A DNA stretch of 63,078 nt, filler included, from Chiloscyllium plagiosum (Eukaryota): assembly GCF_004010195.1 (NCBI RefSeq). It is 3 parts of one record of this genome, joined end to end, with 100 filler letters (N's around TTAATTAATTAA, not from the genome) between each part and the next. Parts side by side here need not be neighbours in the genome. Positions count along the whole stretch, not along the records: positions 1 to 22,172 come from NC_057712.1; 2 more parts are not named here. One strand, given 5' to 3'. The stretch's first letter is position 1. Every line of letters starts with the position of its first letter. Shown here piece after piece: positions 1-13,700 of the stretch. The position numbers and the translations under genes are program-made. Under the pieces are notes generated by a model. The model saw only the letters and a program-made list of their open reading frames with translations. It ran no database searches and had not been told where the DNA came from.

Positions 1-539
1 CTGTCTGGATGTATCACTACCTGGTATGGCAACTGTACCATTCAAGATTGGAGACGGTTACAGAGAGTGGTGAACTCGACCCAGACAATCACAAAGGCCA
101 ACCTCCCATCTATAGAATCCATCTACCAGGCCCACTGTCAAGGAAAGGCCGCCAGCATTCTCAAAGATCCATCCCACCCTGGCAATGTTTTTCTACAACC
201 TCTACCATCGGGGAGAAGGTACAGAAGCCTGAACATATGCACCAGCCAGTTTTGAAACAATTTCTACCCTACTGTTGTTCGAATACTGAATGGACTCACA
301 AATCTAACATTAGCCGTTTTGAAACAATTTCTACCCTACTGTTGTTCGAATACTGAATGGACTCACAAATCTTAACATTAGCCTGTACCTGTGTTTTTGT
401 TTTTACCGCTGTATACCTATGATTTACTTATCTATGCTACTTAACTCTGTGATCTGCCTGTATTGCTCGCAAGGCAAAGCTTTTCACTGTGCCTTGGTAC
501 AGGTGACAATAAATTCAATTCAATTTCAATTCAATTCAA
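1..539 (+). mobile_element. Rex1/Babar-type LINE 3' end
   Basis: Translates to ITTWYGNC...LQRVV...LPSIESIY...KAASILKDPSHP...LPSGRRYRS; (ATTCA)n tail; internal ~67-bp tandem duplication at ~244-384; same family as 45140-45963. Confidence 0.8.
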
Positions 540-863
540 ATAGAGGAGTGTGATCAAGGGAGGGAAAATTTCTACAGCTGTGAGGACAACGTTTAATCAA
601 ACAAATGTTGAACGATAGTCATGCATCATGAAACACACAAATTGTCCTGTTGAAGGTGAAAAACAGAATAGGAGAAGTTGATATGAATAGAGATACTTGA
701 AAAATTAGTAAGGATTTGGCTGACCTTTAACCTGCAATGCATTGGAATTCTGCAGCTAAAGAATGTTGATTGTTCAAATTCATACTGAATTACCATATGC
801 CTACACAGTAAATAAGGCTATAATTGAAATTAAATCAAGTTAGACACCTAGAACCAGGGCTGA

Positions 864-1217
864 TACGTTAGAGCCTGGGTGTCTCTGGAAAAGGAGCACG
901 CGGTGTCCACCAAGACCCTGGAGTTGTTCAGGGGAAGGTGGGTACCGCAGGGAGTGGAGTGCATTATTTGATTTAATCCCTGCTCTCCCCTTCACTATTG
1001 GATCACACAGCATTGCCCTTTTGATGTGAAGGGCACTGCTTGTCACTGGCCACTCGGGTGTTTCCTTTCTTCCTGGTGGTGGGAATTTGAATAAAGATTC
1101 ATACACCTTGTGTCTTTCACTGTGTCTCACACCTGCACACACACAACATGGGTGCTGGGGGGAAAAAAGAGAAAGAAGAAAGAAAAAAAGCAGGTGTCAG
1201 AAAAAAAAAGAAAAAAA
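864..1217 (+). mobile_element. 5'-truncated Tx1/L1-type retroposon 3' end with poly(A)
   Basis: 15-bp TSD TAGAACCAGGGCTGA (849-863 and 1218-1232), AATAAA and A-rich tail, ORF2-like C-terminus VRAWVSLEKEHAVSTKTLELFRGRW. Confidence 0.75.
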
Positions 1218-1637
1218 TAGAACCAGGGCTGACAGTCTGCAGATATTGGGGGAAGCCATTAAGGAGAAATGTCTTCATCCAGGGAGTGGGTGAGTCTGTG
1301 GAATTCTCTGTCATAGAAAGTGGTTAAGGCCAAAACATTGAATGTTTTTCATAGAGGAGTTAGATAGGGTTCGCAGGGCTACAAGGGTTAAAGGGTACGA
1401 GGAGAAAGACGAGCTGGATGGTTAGCTATGATTGAATTGAATGACAGAGCAAGCTTGAAGGGCTGAATGGCCTACTCCCGCTCCGATTCTCAAGTTTCCA
1501 TGCTTCTAAATGTACCATTAGGCATTTCAAGGCTTGAATAGCTATTAACCTAAGGAGCAAGTTAAACACATCCCTTCACATCATCATAATATAAAAGAGA
1601 GAACAGGCGAGTAATATCACCAGGTGGAGTGAATTAC

Positions 1638-1757
1638 CTGAATGGTGATGATAGGTTTAAGCTTCTCATACGTGATCTTTACTGCTTTCGCAGCTGTGTG
1701 GGCATGAATCTCTGTGTCAGCAACAATTGCCCCAATGACGTGTCCTACACAAGTGAC
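1638..1757 (-). CDS. XDH: XDH exon 19 equivalent: [40 protein letters not shown]
   Basis: gtgtag acceptor, gtaatt donor, 120 bp. Confidence 0.95.
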
Positions 1758-4700
1758 CTACACACAGACCCAAACAAAAACGGGTGGTTATAAAACATCG
1801 CAACCTTAAGGAATAATTTCCAGAATTTGTGGCAGCAGAGAAGGAGCCTCACCCACAGGGGGAGCTCCAGGTGTCTGATGGCCATGGACGCTGAGTTCAT
1901 GATGTGGCTGTGTAGGCTGCACGTTTGTCCCATATGCCTATGCTGGGATACTAACAGCAGGGAGAACTGGGTGCAGTACAACAGCCTCCTCACAGACCCA
2001 CACCACAGCTTGAGCTCTGTGGACCGTGTTCTCCTTGAACTAACTCCAGCTGTCACACCTCCCATCCTCACATCCATTCAAGGCTCCAGAGAATCATTCC
2101 AAGTTCGGCAGAGATTTACCCACATTTCCTCCAACCTGATTTACTGTGTCCATTGCTCCCGATGTGGTTTCCTCTACATTGGAAAGACCGAGCGCAAACT
2201 CAGGGACCGGTTCGGGGCATATCTATGGTCTGCACCCTCCAATCAACCCCACCTCCCTTTTGCCAGCCATTTCAACTCCCCCTCCCACACCCCCCGATGA
2301 CATGCCCATCCTGGGCCTCCTCCACCGTCAACGCAAGGCTACACATATACTGGAGGAAAGACACCTCATCTTCCGGCTTGGGAGCTTACAACTTTATGGC
2401 CTCAATGTAGAGTTCACCAGTTTCCAAGTCTCTCCAACCCCCAACCTCATCCCAGCCCTTCCTCTCCGCCACACCCCCTTGACCTGATCTGACCTGTCCA
2501 TCTTCCTTCCAATCTATCTGCTCCCCACTTCCCACTGATCAATCCTATTCACCTCATACCCACATCCACCTATCGCCATCCCATCTACCTTTCCACCAGC
2601 CCCAGCCCCCTCAATTTATCTCTCAGCCCCCTTCCCTCTCCCCCAGTTCTAATGAAGGATACTGCCTGTAATGTCAACTCTCCTGCTATTCTCAATGCTG
2701 CCTGACCTGCTGTGCTTTGTCCAGCTCCACGTTTTATCAACTCTGACATTCCGGTATCTGCAGTCCTCACTATCTTCCAGTATCCAGGCAATACACGAAC
2801 AGTTCTTGACTGTCGTACTACCTCACACAGGATCAGGCACCTTACTGTCAGTATACCTGACATTCAATCACTTTGTAATATCCAGAGCTCCCTGATTGGA
2901 CCAGGTTCACAGCCCTAGTCAGAGAACTCACATTCTAAGTGGTCCACTTGACTGACCTCATTACAATCATGACACTCCTCACATCCCAAGGTTGCCAATG
3001 ATGGTGCATTAGCTTTTGGTACAAAAGGACGTGTGTCACTTCTAGGACTTGGGAAAGACCACACTGCTGTCCCAACTGGATTAAGTCTGATTGTCTCATA
3101 CAACCCTCAGCTCTATGTCAGAATGTAGACCCAGATATTGAGTGCCCTTTATTTCTAGTTAAAAATCACACAACACCAGGCTAAAGTCCAACAGGTTTAA
3201 TTGGAAGGGCTCCTCCACATACACCTGATGAAGCAGCATTGCTCCGAAAGCTAGTGTGCTTCCAATTAAACCTGTTGGACTATAACCTGGTGTTGTGTGA
3301 TTTTTAACTTTGTACACCCCAGTCCAACACCGGCATCTCCAAATCATGACCTTTATTTCTAGACTGCCTTGTTTTCTCACTTCAGTAGAAGTTGGAATGC
3401 CCAATGCCTGAGAGTGTGCCAATGAGGGAACGTCTGTTGACAATGAAAGGTCATTGGCTTTAAACATTGACTCTGTCTTATCACAGATGTTGAGTCTCCT
3501 CCAATATTTACCACTTCCATTTAGGACTTCCAGTATTCAGAGTTCTTTGCTTTCGCAAATATTTGCACCATAGATAAGGGGAGTATGCTTTTAGATTTGG
3601 ATGTTGAAAGCACAACATCTGGTGTCTATCAAAACATAGTCAAGTGATTTCGAGATGGAGGTGGCGGTGGGGGGAGTGGGAGGTGAGTATAGCTAATTCT
3701 GGCTAATGGCATTTCACTGTCAACAGAAAATGCTTCCCCAGTGACACAAACTCGTGCATTGGGCATCCAGCCTCGACTGAGGTGGAAAAACAAGGCAGTT
3801 CCATTAAATACAACACAGGCACGTAAGATCTGGGCCGGCATTCTGACATAGAGCTGAGTGTTGTATGAGGCGATTGGGCTTTATCCAGCTGGAATTGCCA
3901 TGCAATCTCTCCCATGTCCTAGAAGTGACACTTCTCCCTTCTTTCTTTCCAAACCTCTAGTTGCCGAATCACAGCAGACTATGTGGCAACACCTTACAAG
4001 GCCATTTGGCCCATCACGTGCCTGCCAGCTCCCTGCCAGGAAAAGTCATTGAGTGCCACTTCTCAGATTTTTCTTTCTGGAGCCTTTTTGAATGCAAAAC
4101 TCAAAGTCTGGCCTAAAAAAATGTCTCATAAAGCTGCACTACAACATCCTGACTCCGGTACTCAATTCCTTGACCAATGAAGGCAAGCATGCCATATGCC
4201 TTCTTTACTATCTATTTGTGTGGCCACTTTCAGGGGGCTATGAGAGCAAGTAATCCGCCATCTTGTTTTTGCTACCAAAGTGGATAACCACACATTTATG
4301 CCCAACATACTTCATCTGTCGTGGATTTTCCCACTTATCCAAACCACACTGAAGCATCTCTGCAGCGTCCTCACAGCTCAGCCTCCCACCCTTCCGAAGG
4401 CTCGGTCCCCAGTGATGTGTAAATGATGATGACTGACCACTCCATCAGCAAACACTGTCTCATCCATTAAGATCTGCCCCGTTTGGTTGCTCCCAGGGAC
4501 ATCCTTGGCTGTGAGGAAGTGCGTCACTCCAGGAACCTTCAGGGCTTCACTTGTATCAATTGAACTGCAGGAAATGTGAGAAAAAAAAGTATGTTTGACA
4601 ACGGCTGTGGTCTCTTTCCAGCGCACTTGAGTGTTTCAGACAGCTAGATCACTGACCTATTGAAAAAGGTCACGTAACGCCATCTGCTGGTGACAAATTG

Positions 4701-7700
4701 TGATGACAGTACAACTGAAACAGTACAAATATAATTCATGACACCATACCTATCATTGACAGAAAAACAAAATATTAAATAACAAAAGAATTGTGAACAT
4801 TTCAATATACAAATAATTGCAATGTGCAGATTTCCTTAATTTTGTATCACAGTCCACACATCTGTACAGTTTCCACAGATTTGTGAAGTGTCATTGCAAC
4901 ACGAATGGTCACATTTCTTGAAACAAGCTTTATAAATTTTCCCATTTTAAAAACAGAGGTTCAGGTGAAACTTGAGCTCTCATTCACTGGATTACTAATC
5001 CTGTAGCACAATAACAGCATTCTCAGATCCCACATCATCTGGAGAGTTGCCCAGCCTTCCCTCTTTTTGTCAGGTCTCTGGTAGAACATTATCCCAATGA
5101 GCCACCACTCACTGTAGCGCAGAGGAACTACGCAGAGCAGAGGAAAATCACCTATACAGTGTATTCAAAAAGAATGGTTACCCAATGAACACAGTCCACC
5201 GCTTTCTCAGCAGCAAACCCAACCAAGCAGACAAAACGCATCGAGAAACCCTAGCCACTCTCCCCTACATCAAAGACATGTCGGAAATGACTGCCAGACT
5301 ACTCAGACCCCTTGGCATCATGGTAGCCCACAAACCCACCAACACACAAACAGCAGCTAATGAATTCGAAAGACCCTGTACAGGCAACAAGCAAAACTAA
5401 TGTTATTTACAAAATACCATGCAAGGACTGTAACAAACACTACATTGGACAAAAAGGCAGAAAACTAGCCACCAGGTTATATGAACACCAACTAACCACA
5501 AAACGACATGACCCTTTCTCACTAGTATCCTTACATATGGGGATGAGGAAGGACAACACATCGATCCTAGAACAAGCAAAACAGAGACACGCACGAGAAT
5601 TTCTAGAAGAATGACATTCCAACTGGAACTCTATCGACCAACACATTGACTTGGATCCCACTTACCATCCCCTGAGAAAATAAAACTAGAAATGACATCA
5701 CCATAGGAAATGATGTCACCACAGGAAATGACATCACCAACCCAAGGAACCCCCCCCCAAACATATAAATAGAAAGTAGGCTACACAACCAGTGCTTCAT
5801 CCAGAGGCTCACTGAAGATGTTACCTAGTATGGTGACAAAACATCTGAAAACGAACCTTCTAGCTCAGCGAGCAAACCTACATCCAGATCTCTGTCCTAC
5901 AAGGAGAGGTCACAAGGGAACTGTTACCTTATCTTGGCGTGAGCTTCAGTGCTGGTCACCAGAGCCAGGTAGAGCTCCTTCTCGAAGCAGGGCAGGTCGT
6001 CACAGTAAAGGGCCTCCCCGGTGGCTTGTTTGAGGCTTGACAGATGGGGCAGTGGCTGTCCGACTACATCCATGGGGCACTGGTTAGGAGGCACTTCCTG
6101 CAGAGTGAGGATAAAAGGGTGGCTTTGATTCCAATAACAAGGACCGGTGACCGGGAATGGCTGCAGTGAGTGGTGCACTCCGGTGTTGTAAGTCGTGGTC
6201 GGCATCACATCCCATGGCTCCCGAGGTGCCAAGCAATTCACCATTCCGAGAATCTGACAGTACAGCAAGAGGCCATTTGGCCCAATATACCTGTGGCAGT
6301 TCTTTGAAGGAATTGCCTAAGTCTCTCACACCAGCTTTCTTCCCGTAACCATGTGAATTAGTATCTGTCAAATACATGCCTTTGAAAGTTCCTACAGAAT
6401 TTTTCCAACAGCTATTCAGATCTTAACAACCCTCTGTGTGATTTTCTTTCCACCTAATACCCTAAAACCATTGATTACTAGCCGACTTACTTGAGGGAAC
6501 AGTTTCCCCTACTTGCTTTTAAAAAAACACGTGTCAAATTTAACATTTTCTCTGCTGAGAACAATCCCATGTTTTCCAAGTAACAAAGGACCCTGAACAC
6601 TCATGGTAAACCTCCTCAGTAATTTCTCCAGAGCGTTGAGATGCTCGGGAGGTACAGTATGTGTTGGAGGCATTTTCCTTACCAACCTTTCCAGGGAAAT
6701 TATGACACACCCCTGGAGCAGGTGGGATGTAAACGCAGGTTTCCTGATCCAGAGATAGGAATACTATCCGCACCCAAGGGCTCATGGCACCATTTATATT
6801 ATTGCTTGGCTCCCAGAGAGGCAGGGTACCTTGATGTCAATTGGATAGCAGCTAGACACATGATGTTCCAGTATAAAGGACCTAGTCTCCAGTCGCTGTG
6901 TTAATGCAGTGAGCTTTATGTAGTGTTGCAGTCATATACAGAACATAGAACAGTATAGCACAGGAACAAGCCCTTCAGCTCACAATGTTGTGCCAAACAT
7001 GATGCCAAATTAATCTAATTCCTTCCCCCTGCCTTTGGTCCATATCCCTCCATTCCTTGCTTATTCATGTGCTAATCTAAAAGCCCCTCAATCACCACCC
7101 CTGGCAGCACGTTCCAGACTCCTACCACTCTCTGTCCAAAAAGCTTGCCCCTCTCATCTCCTTTGAATTTTTCCCCTCTCACCTTAAATGCATGTCCCTT
7201 AGTATTAGACATTTCAATCCAGGGAAATAGATTCTGACCGTCAACTCTATCTATGCATCTTGCAATTTCCTAAACTTCTATCAGGTCTCCCCTAAGCCTC
7301 CGCCACTTCAGCGAAAACAACCCCAGTTTGTCCAATCTCTCCTAATAGCTCATACCCTCTAATCCAGACAGAATCCTGGTACATAGCTCCTTGAAAGTGG
7401 AGTCGCAGGTCGATAGGATAGTGAAGAAGGCATTTGGTATGCTTTCCTTTATTGGTCAGAGTATTGAGTACAGGAGTTGTGAGGTCATGTTGCGACTGTA
7501 CAGGACATTGGTTAGGCCACCTTTAGAGTATTGTGTGCTATTCCGGTCGCCTTCCTATTAGAAAGCTGTTGTGAAACTTGAAAGGGTTCAGGAAAGATTT
7601 ACAAGGATGTTGCTAGGGTTGGAGGATTTCAGCTGTAGGGATTGGTTGTACAGGCTGGGGCTGTTTTCCCTGGAGCATTGGAGGCCGAGGAGTGACCTCA

Positions 7701-10700
7701 TAGAGGTTTATAAAATCATGAGGGGCAGGGATAGGATAAATAGATATAGTCTTTTCCCTGGGGTGGGGGGAGTCCAGAACTAGAGGGCATAGGTTTAAGG
7801 TGAGAGGGACGAGTTGGACCAAAGGGTCTGTTTCCGTGTTGTATGTCTCTATGACACTATGACTCTATGATAAACCTCTTCAGCACCCTCTCTAAAGCCT
7901 CCACATCCTTCCTGTAATGTACCGACCAGAATTGAACACAATGTAGCTGTAACATCAGCTAGCACAAATCTGCGCAATTCTGAGATCTTATAACTGTGTA
8001 AATAGTGAGCATTGTTCATATTCATGTATCTCAACAAGAACCCAGTCATAGTCATCGAATCATAGAGCTGTACAGCATGGAAACAGACCCTTCGGTCCAA
8101 CTCATCCATGCCGATCAGATATCCTAACCCAATCTCTCCCATCTGCCAGCACTTGGCCCATATCCCTCTAAACCCTTCCTATTCATATACCCATCCAGGT
8201 GCCTTTTAAATGTTGCCATTGTACCAGCCTCCACCACTTCCTCTGGCAGCTCATTCCATACACGTACCACCCTCTGCCTTAAAAAGGTATCCCGTAGGTC
8301 CCTTTTATATCTTGCCCTTCTCACCCTAAACCAATGCCCTCTAGTTCTGGAATCTCTAAAGTGGGCAAACATAGAGCAGCACTTAGGCGCTATCGTGTTG
8401 ATAGTTTGACCCAAGGAACCAATTGCTCCGAATTGTTCACAAAGACTCCAGTGAATTTTGGATAGCGAGTGAGTGAATGGATAGGCCGAGAAAGTGGAAA
8501 TGATGGGGAAGATCAGCCTTGATCTTATTGAAAAGTAGAGACAAGGTTGTGCTGTGGTGCAGTCATATTTCTTATACTTTTATGTAAAGGACTCGCTTTC
8601 CTTTTGAACTCAATGTCGCTACTTGCAAAGCCAATTTGCCCCTACACTTTCTCAATGATGAAAACGCACTCCGATCCCCTGATATATGGATGGTGACTAT
8701 CAGTGGGCTATGACATCGAGTCATTGAGTCATACAGCTATGACCCTTCGGTCCAACCAGTCCATGCTGACCATAATCCCAAATTAATCTGGTCCCACTTG
8801 CTTGTTACTGGACCATACCCCTCCAAACATTCCTTATTCATGTCGATATCTAAATGTCTTTTAGCTGCTGTAATTACACCCACATCCACCATTTCCTCAG
8901 GAAGTTCATTCCACATGCAAACCACCCTCTCTGTAAAAGAATTGCCCCTCGTGTCTTTTTAAAATCTCTCTCCTCTCACCTTAAAAGTGCGACCCCAGTC
9001 TTGAAAGCCCCAACTGGAGGGAAAAGATGACTGCCATTAACTTTGTCTATACCTCTCGTTGTTTTATAGATTTCTATAAGACCACCTCTCAATCCTTCAC
9101 GGTCCAATTCCACATTTATCACTTTCGAGTGGTAATCACTAAATAATGGCGGAGGACATTTTCACAATAGCCTAAGGCTGTTTCCTTTTCCTTCAAACTG
9201 ACTCACAAGCTGGAGATCGAGAGACACGCTAGTCCGAGTGTGAAATAGATGGATCTTCACATCCCGTTCAACATGGAACCATGGACAGACTAAAACAAGG
9301 AGCCACTTTTGCCATTCAGTTTGATCATGGCTGATCCTTTATCTCAACACTACGTTCCACAAGACTGTAAGTAGAAAGGAACAGGAGTAGGCCATTCAGC
9401 CCCTTGGTTCAATAGGATCATGGCCGATCGGACACTTCCCACACCCACTTTCTTGCCTTTCCCTGGGAATCCTCATTCCAATCTTCCAGCTTTTAACAAA
9501 CGTCAAATCAGATGGTGCAAGTCTCACCAATCAAATTCAAATTAATAATGCACACTACAGGCAGCGGTGTGACAGTAGCACCTGTTTTCACCATGTGGAG
9601 TGCAGGATAGATATAGGCCAAGCCACAGACACATCTCCTCTACTGTCCTTTCAAATATAGTGCCATGGGGCAGACTTTAGTTTAATGTCTCATAGAAACA
9701 TAAGGCTTAGGATCTGGATTAGGCCATTTGGCCAAAGAACATGCTCTGGTCTGATTGTGGTGTCAAATCCTGCCTGGGCCCTCTGCATATCCTTATCAAA
9801 AATCTACCTAACTTTGCCTCAAGAGAATTCATGATGTGGTGGTGCCAGTGTTGGACTGGGGTTGGCAAAGTTAAAACTGACACCAGGTTACAGTCCAACA
9901 GATTTATTTAAAAGTACAAGCTTTCGGAGCGCTGCTCCTGACTAGCTACCCGACGAAGGACCGGAGGTCCAAAAGCTTGTACTTTTAACTAAACCTGATG
10001 GACTATAACCTGACGTCATGTGATTTTTCATTCAAATAAATTCAATGGTCCTGCCTCAGACGTTTTCTTGGAAAGAAAATTCCATATCTTAATGAGACAA
10101 AACATTATCTAATCTTAACCCAACTCCATCATTCATCTGAAAGCACATCCAGGATTCAGAGACACCCTCAGTACAGTACTGAGGGTGTTAATCTGGGATT
10201 TTGTACTTGATTCCCCGGAATGGGACTTGAATTCCTGATGACTCTGATTTGAAAGTAACAGCGTGACACTCACTGAGCTGTAACTGACACAAAGCTCAAC
10301 AGGACACTACTCAAATAGCTAAACAGAGACTTCCAATCATAGAATCCCTACAGTGTGGAAACAGGCCATTTGGCCCATCGAGTCAACACCAACCCTCCGA
10401 ACAGTATCCCCCCCAGACCCAACCCTGTAGTCTATCTCTGTAACCCTGAATTTCCCATGGCTAATCCACCTAGGGTGCACATCCCTGCACACTATCGGGC
10501 AATTTAGCATGGCCAATCCAGCTAACCTGTGGGAGGGAACCAGAGCACCCAGAGGGAACCCTCGCAGACACGGGGAAAATGTGCAAACTCCACACAGACA
10601 CTCACCCGAGGGTAGAATCAAACCCGGGTCCCTGGCTTTGTGAGCCACCATGCCACCCGCAGTCTTTCAGAAACACGCTCGACAGAAGATGGAGGTGAAC

Positions 10701-13700
10701 ATTCTCTTCCCAAAATCAGGCAACTTGGGAGTCTATCTTGTCTAAGAACTGCTGACTAAATGAATGATACTCTCTGACTTCACCAGAGATTCTGTTTTGT
10801 GTTTGTGCGATTCTTATTACTTTGGACGTCAAGGTAAGAAGTTCTTTAAACGTGTACCTGATACATTTGGTAATAAAACACCGTAACCACTAACCTGGAA
10901 CAGTTGAACTGCTGAAGGTGGATCCTTGTGGAATAATTCCGTGGCACTGACGTAATCTGGAGGTATGGATTCAACTTGGATATCCTAATGGGAGGAAAGG
11001 GAAAGCAGACGTCCAGTGATTATCAAATATTACCCACACAACAGCAAGAAATAACAGTGGAACACTTTCAAGATGATTTAATGTGATAATTCAACTTGAC
11101 CATCATCTCCTCAAATGTGGTAATATATCTCTGCTCACACTGAAGTGAGGATTTGGAACAAAATAAACAGACACTATCTGAAACTAAGCTATCGGCATGA
11201 AAATTATGATGAGACAAATAAACCTGTTGTACACTTAGAATCTAGTGTGATATCCAACATGGAAACAGACCTTCTGTTCCAACTAGTCCGTGCCAAACAT
11301 AATCCCAAACTAAACCAGTCCTACCTGCCTGCTCCTGGCCCATATCCATCCAAACCTGTCCTGTCCATGTACTGATCCAAATATCTTTTAAACGCTGTAA
11401 TTATACCCACATCCACCACTTTCTCAGGAAGTTGATTCCATCCTCTGTGTACCATCCTCTGTGAAAAAAAATTGCTCCCATTTCTTTATAAAATTTCTTT
11501 CCTCTCACATTAAAAATGTCCCCTCTCGTCTTGAAATTCCCCATCCAAGGAAAAAGACACCGATCATTAACTCTATCTCTCCCCCTCATTATTTTATAAA
11601 CTTCCATAATGTTGCCTCCCAACCTCCTAAACTCCAGTGAAAAAAGTCCTTGACTGTCTCGACTCTCTTCATAACTCAAACCATACCCGTCCATACCCCG
11701 CAACATCTCGGTAAATCTTTTCTAAACCCTCTCCTGCTTGATAACACCCTTCCCAAAGAATGACCAGAAGTGGACATGGTACTCTGGAAGTGGCCTCACC
11801 AAAGTCCTGTACAACCTCAACGTGACTTCCCAACTCCTACGGGGCTTCACAGCCTATCAAGTACTTTTTGACGTGGAGTCCCAGTTTGTCAATTTGTGTA
11901 AAAGACGAACATTGAAAACATTACTTCAATAAGCAGGTCCTACTTTGGCTGAGGTCAGGCCCATTCCCTCATTCACTCCCATTAAAATCCTACATCTAGA
12001 CAGTACCTTTGCTGAACAGAGTGTCCCATAAAGTGATGTTTACAGATGGGGAATAAAGAAGTTTAAGAAGAGAATTGAAAGGATGTTAATCTATGATAGG
12101 ACATAGAAGCTGTTGAAAGCTTTCTTGAAAAGGAGGGGACCGGGAGTGAGCAGAGGGTCAGAGATACCCACGTTCTGGAAGTCTTGCCGAAGCTTCTGGA
12201 GGACGCTGAGGTAGAACTTGAAGAAGAAGCTGAGGGTCAAGGTGCGTCGGAATTGTACCATGCCACCGGGGGCAGAGGGCGAGAGAGTGAGTTCACCTGC
12301 GAGCTGTGAGCAGGCCTCCTGCAGCAACGTCTTATTCCATTTCCTAAACGGGAGGCAGGGTGGGAAGGGGAGGGGGAGGAAATCAATGACTGTCAAATCT
12401 GAGAGCACGTCAATATTCGAAAATAAGACTTAGAGCGAGACCGGCTGTTTGCGGCCCATTTTCAGTTCTGCCCATGGTGTGTGTAAGGCGTCATTTCTCT
12501 GCTTTCTCCCCCCCCTCCCCCCGCACCCACCAACGCCACGATGTTACAACATGACAGGTCACGATGGGAGTCTGCATTATTGCCTGAGCCGCCTCAGCCC
12601 CCACCATGGGGGAGGACGGGCATATGTGCCAGGTTTTTGAGTCTGATGTTAGCTACAAGCCAGAGACTAGCCCACATCTCCACCCCAGGCCATTCCTCTC
12701 ATCCCCAGCAACCCGGGTCCTCTCCTCCGCCAGAAACCTCAATCTGCACTGGCACAGAGTCCAGACTCCTGAACAGCAGGTTCCTGACAGAGGGGAGTTA
12801 TCACAGTCATTAGAGGCTGTTATCAACAGGCCCTTAGGGAATGTGTTACTCCCCCTAGATTGTGTTAGCTGTTTATTGGTCAACTGTGCTCTGATGGAGG
12901 GCATTATCATGCAGACCTAAGTCCAGGGGGAACTGATTATCTGTGTGTTTCAGGGTCTCTCTACCGTAGCCCATATCGCTTTTCCCACTGTTGAATGAGG
13001 GGCATGAATTCTGACTATTTAGACTGGATATCACTTGTGTGTTAAAATGAAGGGCACTTCTGCTCCTACATATAGGAGACAACTGAAACTGTGAATGTTG
13101 CAATGGGAAATGGATGCTTGTAATGTATGACTCTGTAAATAAAAATGTTGAAATGTGCAGAGATTAGACTCCAACATTTCTCCATTACCACTTGGCTATT
13201 AGGAATGGAATGTATTACACTGAGGTGATTACTTCCCCAAATAATTCTTAATCCATAACCATGTCAATGAGAGCTAAGTCCAGGGGGAACTGAGTGTCTG
13301 TGTAGTTCAGGGCCTCTCTGCCTTACTCCATATCGCTGTTCCCACTCTTGATTGAGGGGCATGAATTCTGACCAATTAGTCCAGTGTATCGCTTGGGAAG
13401 TTTATCACATATTAACCCAACCCACCAGTGATTGGGAAGCCTTACTTCAATGGCCTCACTCAAATGAAAGGGAAAGCCCGTCATGTTGCATGAACTCTGA
13501 GGAGACTCACTTTCCAAGCAACAGTGCACATGTCTTCTTCGCAAACACAGTGGTAGGAGCCATGCCTCCGTAACTCAGTCCCGACTCTTCCACAATGTCG
13601 GTGCCTTCCTTGAAAGCCACTCTCATCCCGCAGTTCACAATTGCGATATCATCGTCCCTTCTTTGGGCCTGTTTGTACGCTGAGAAATACTCCCCCTGCA

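Noticed and set aside
1745..2077. 110-aa minus-strand ORF overlapping the XDH exon 19 acceptor
   Set aside because: No recognisable homology; intronic.
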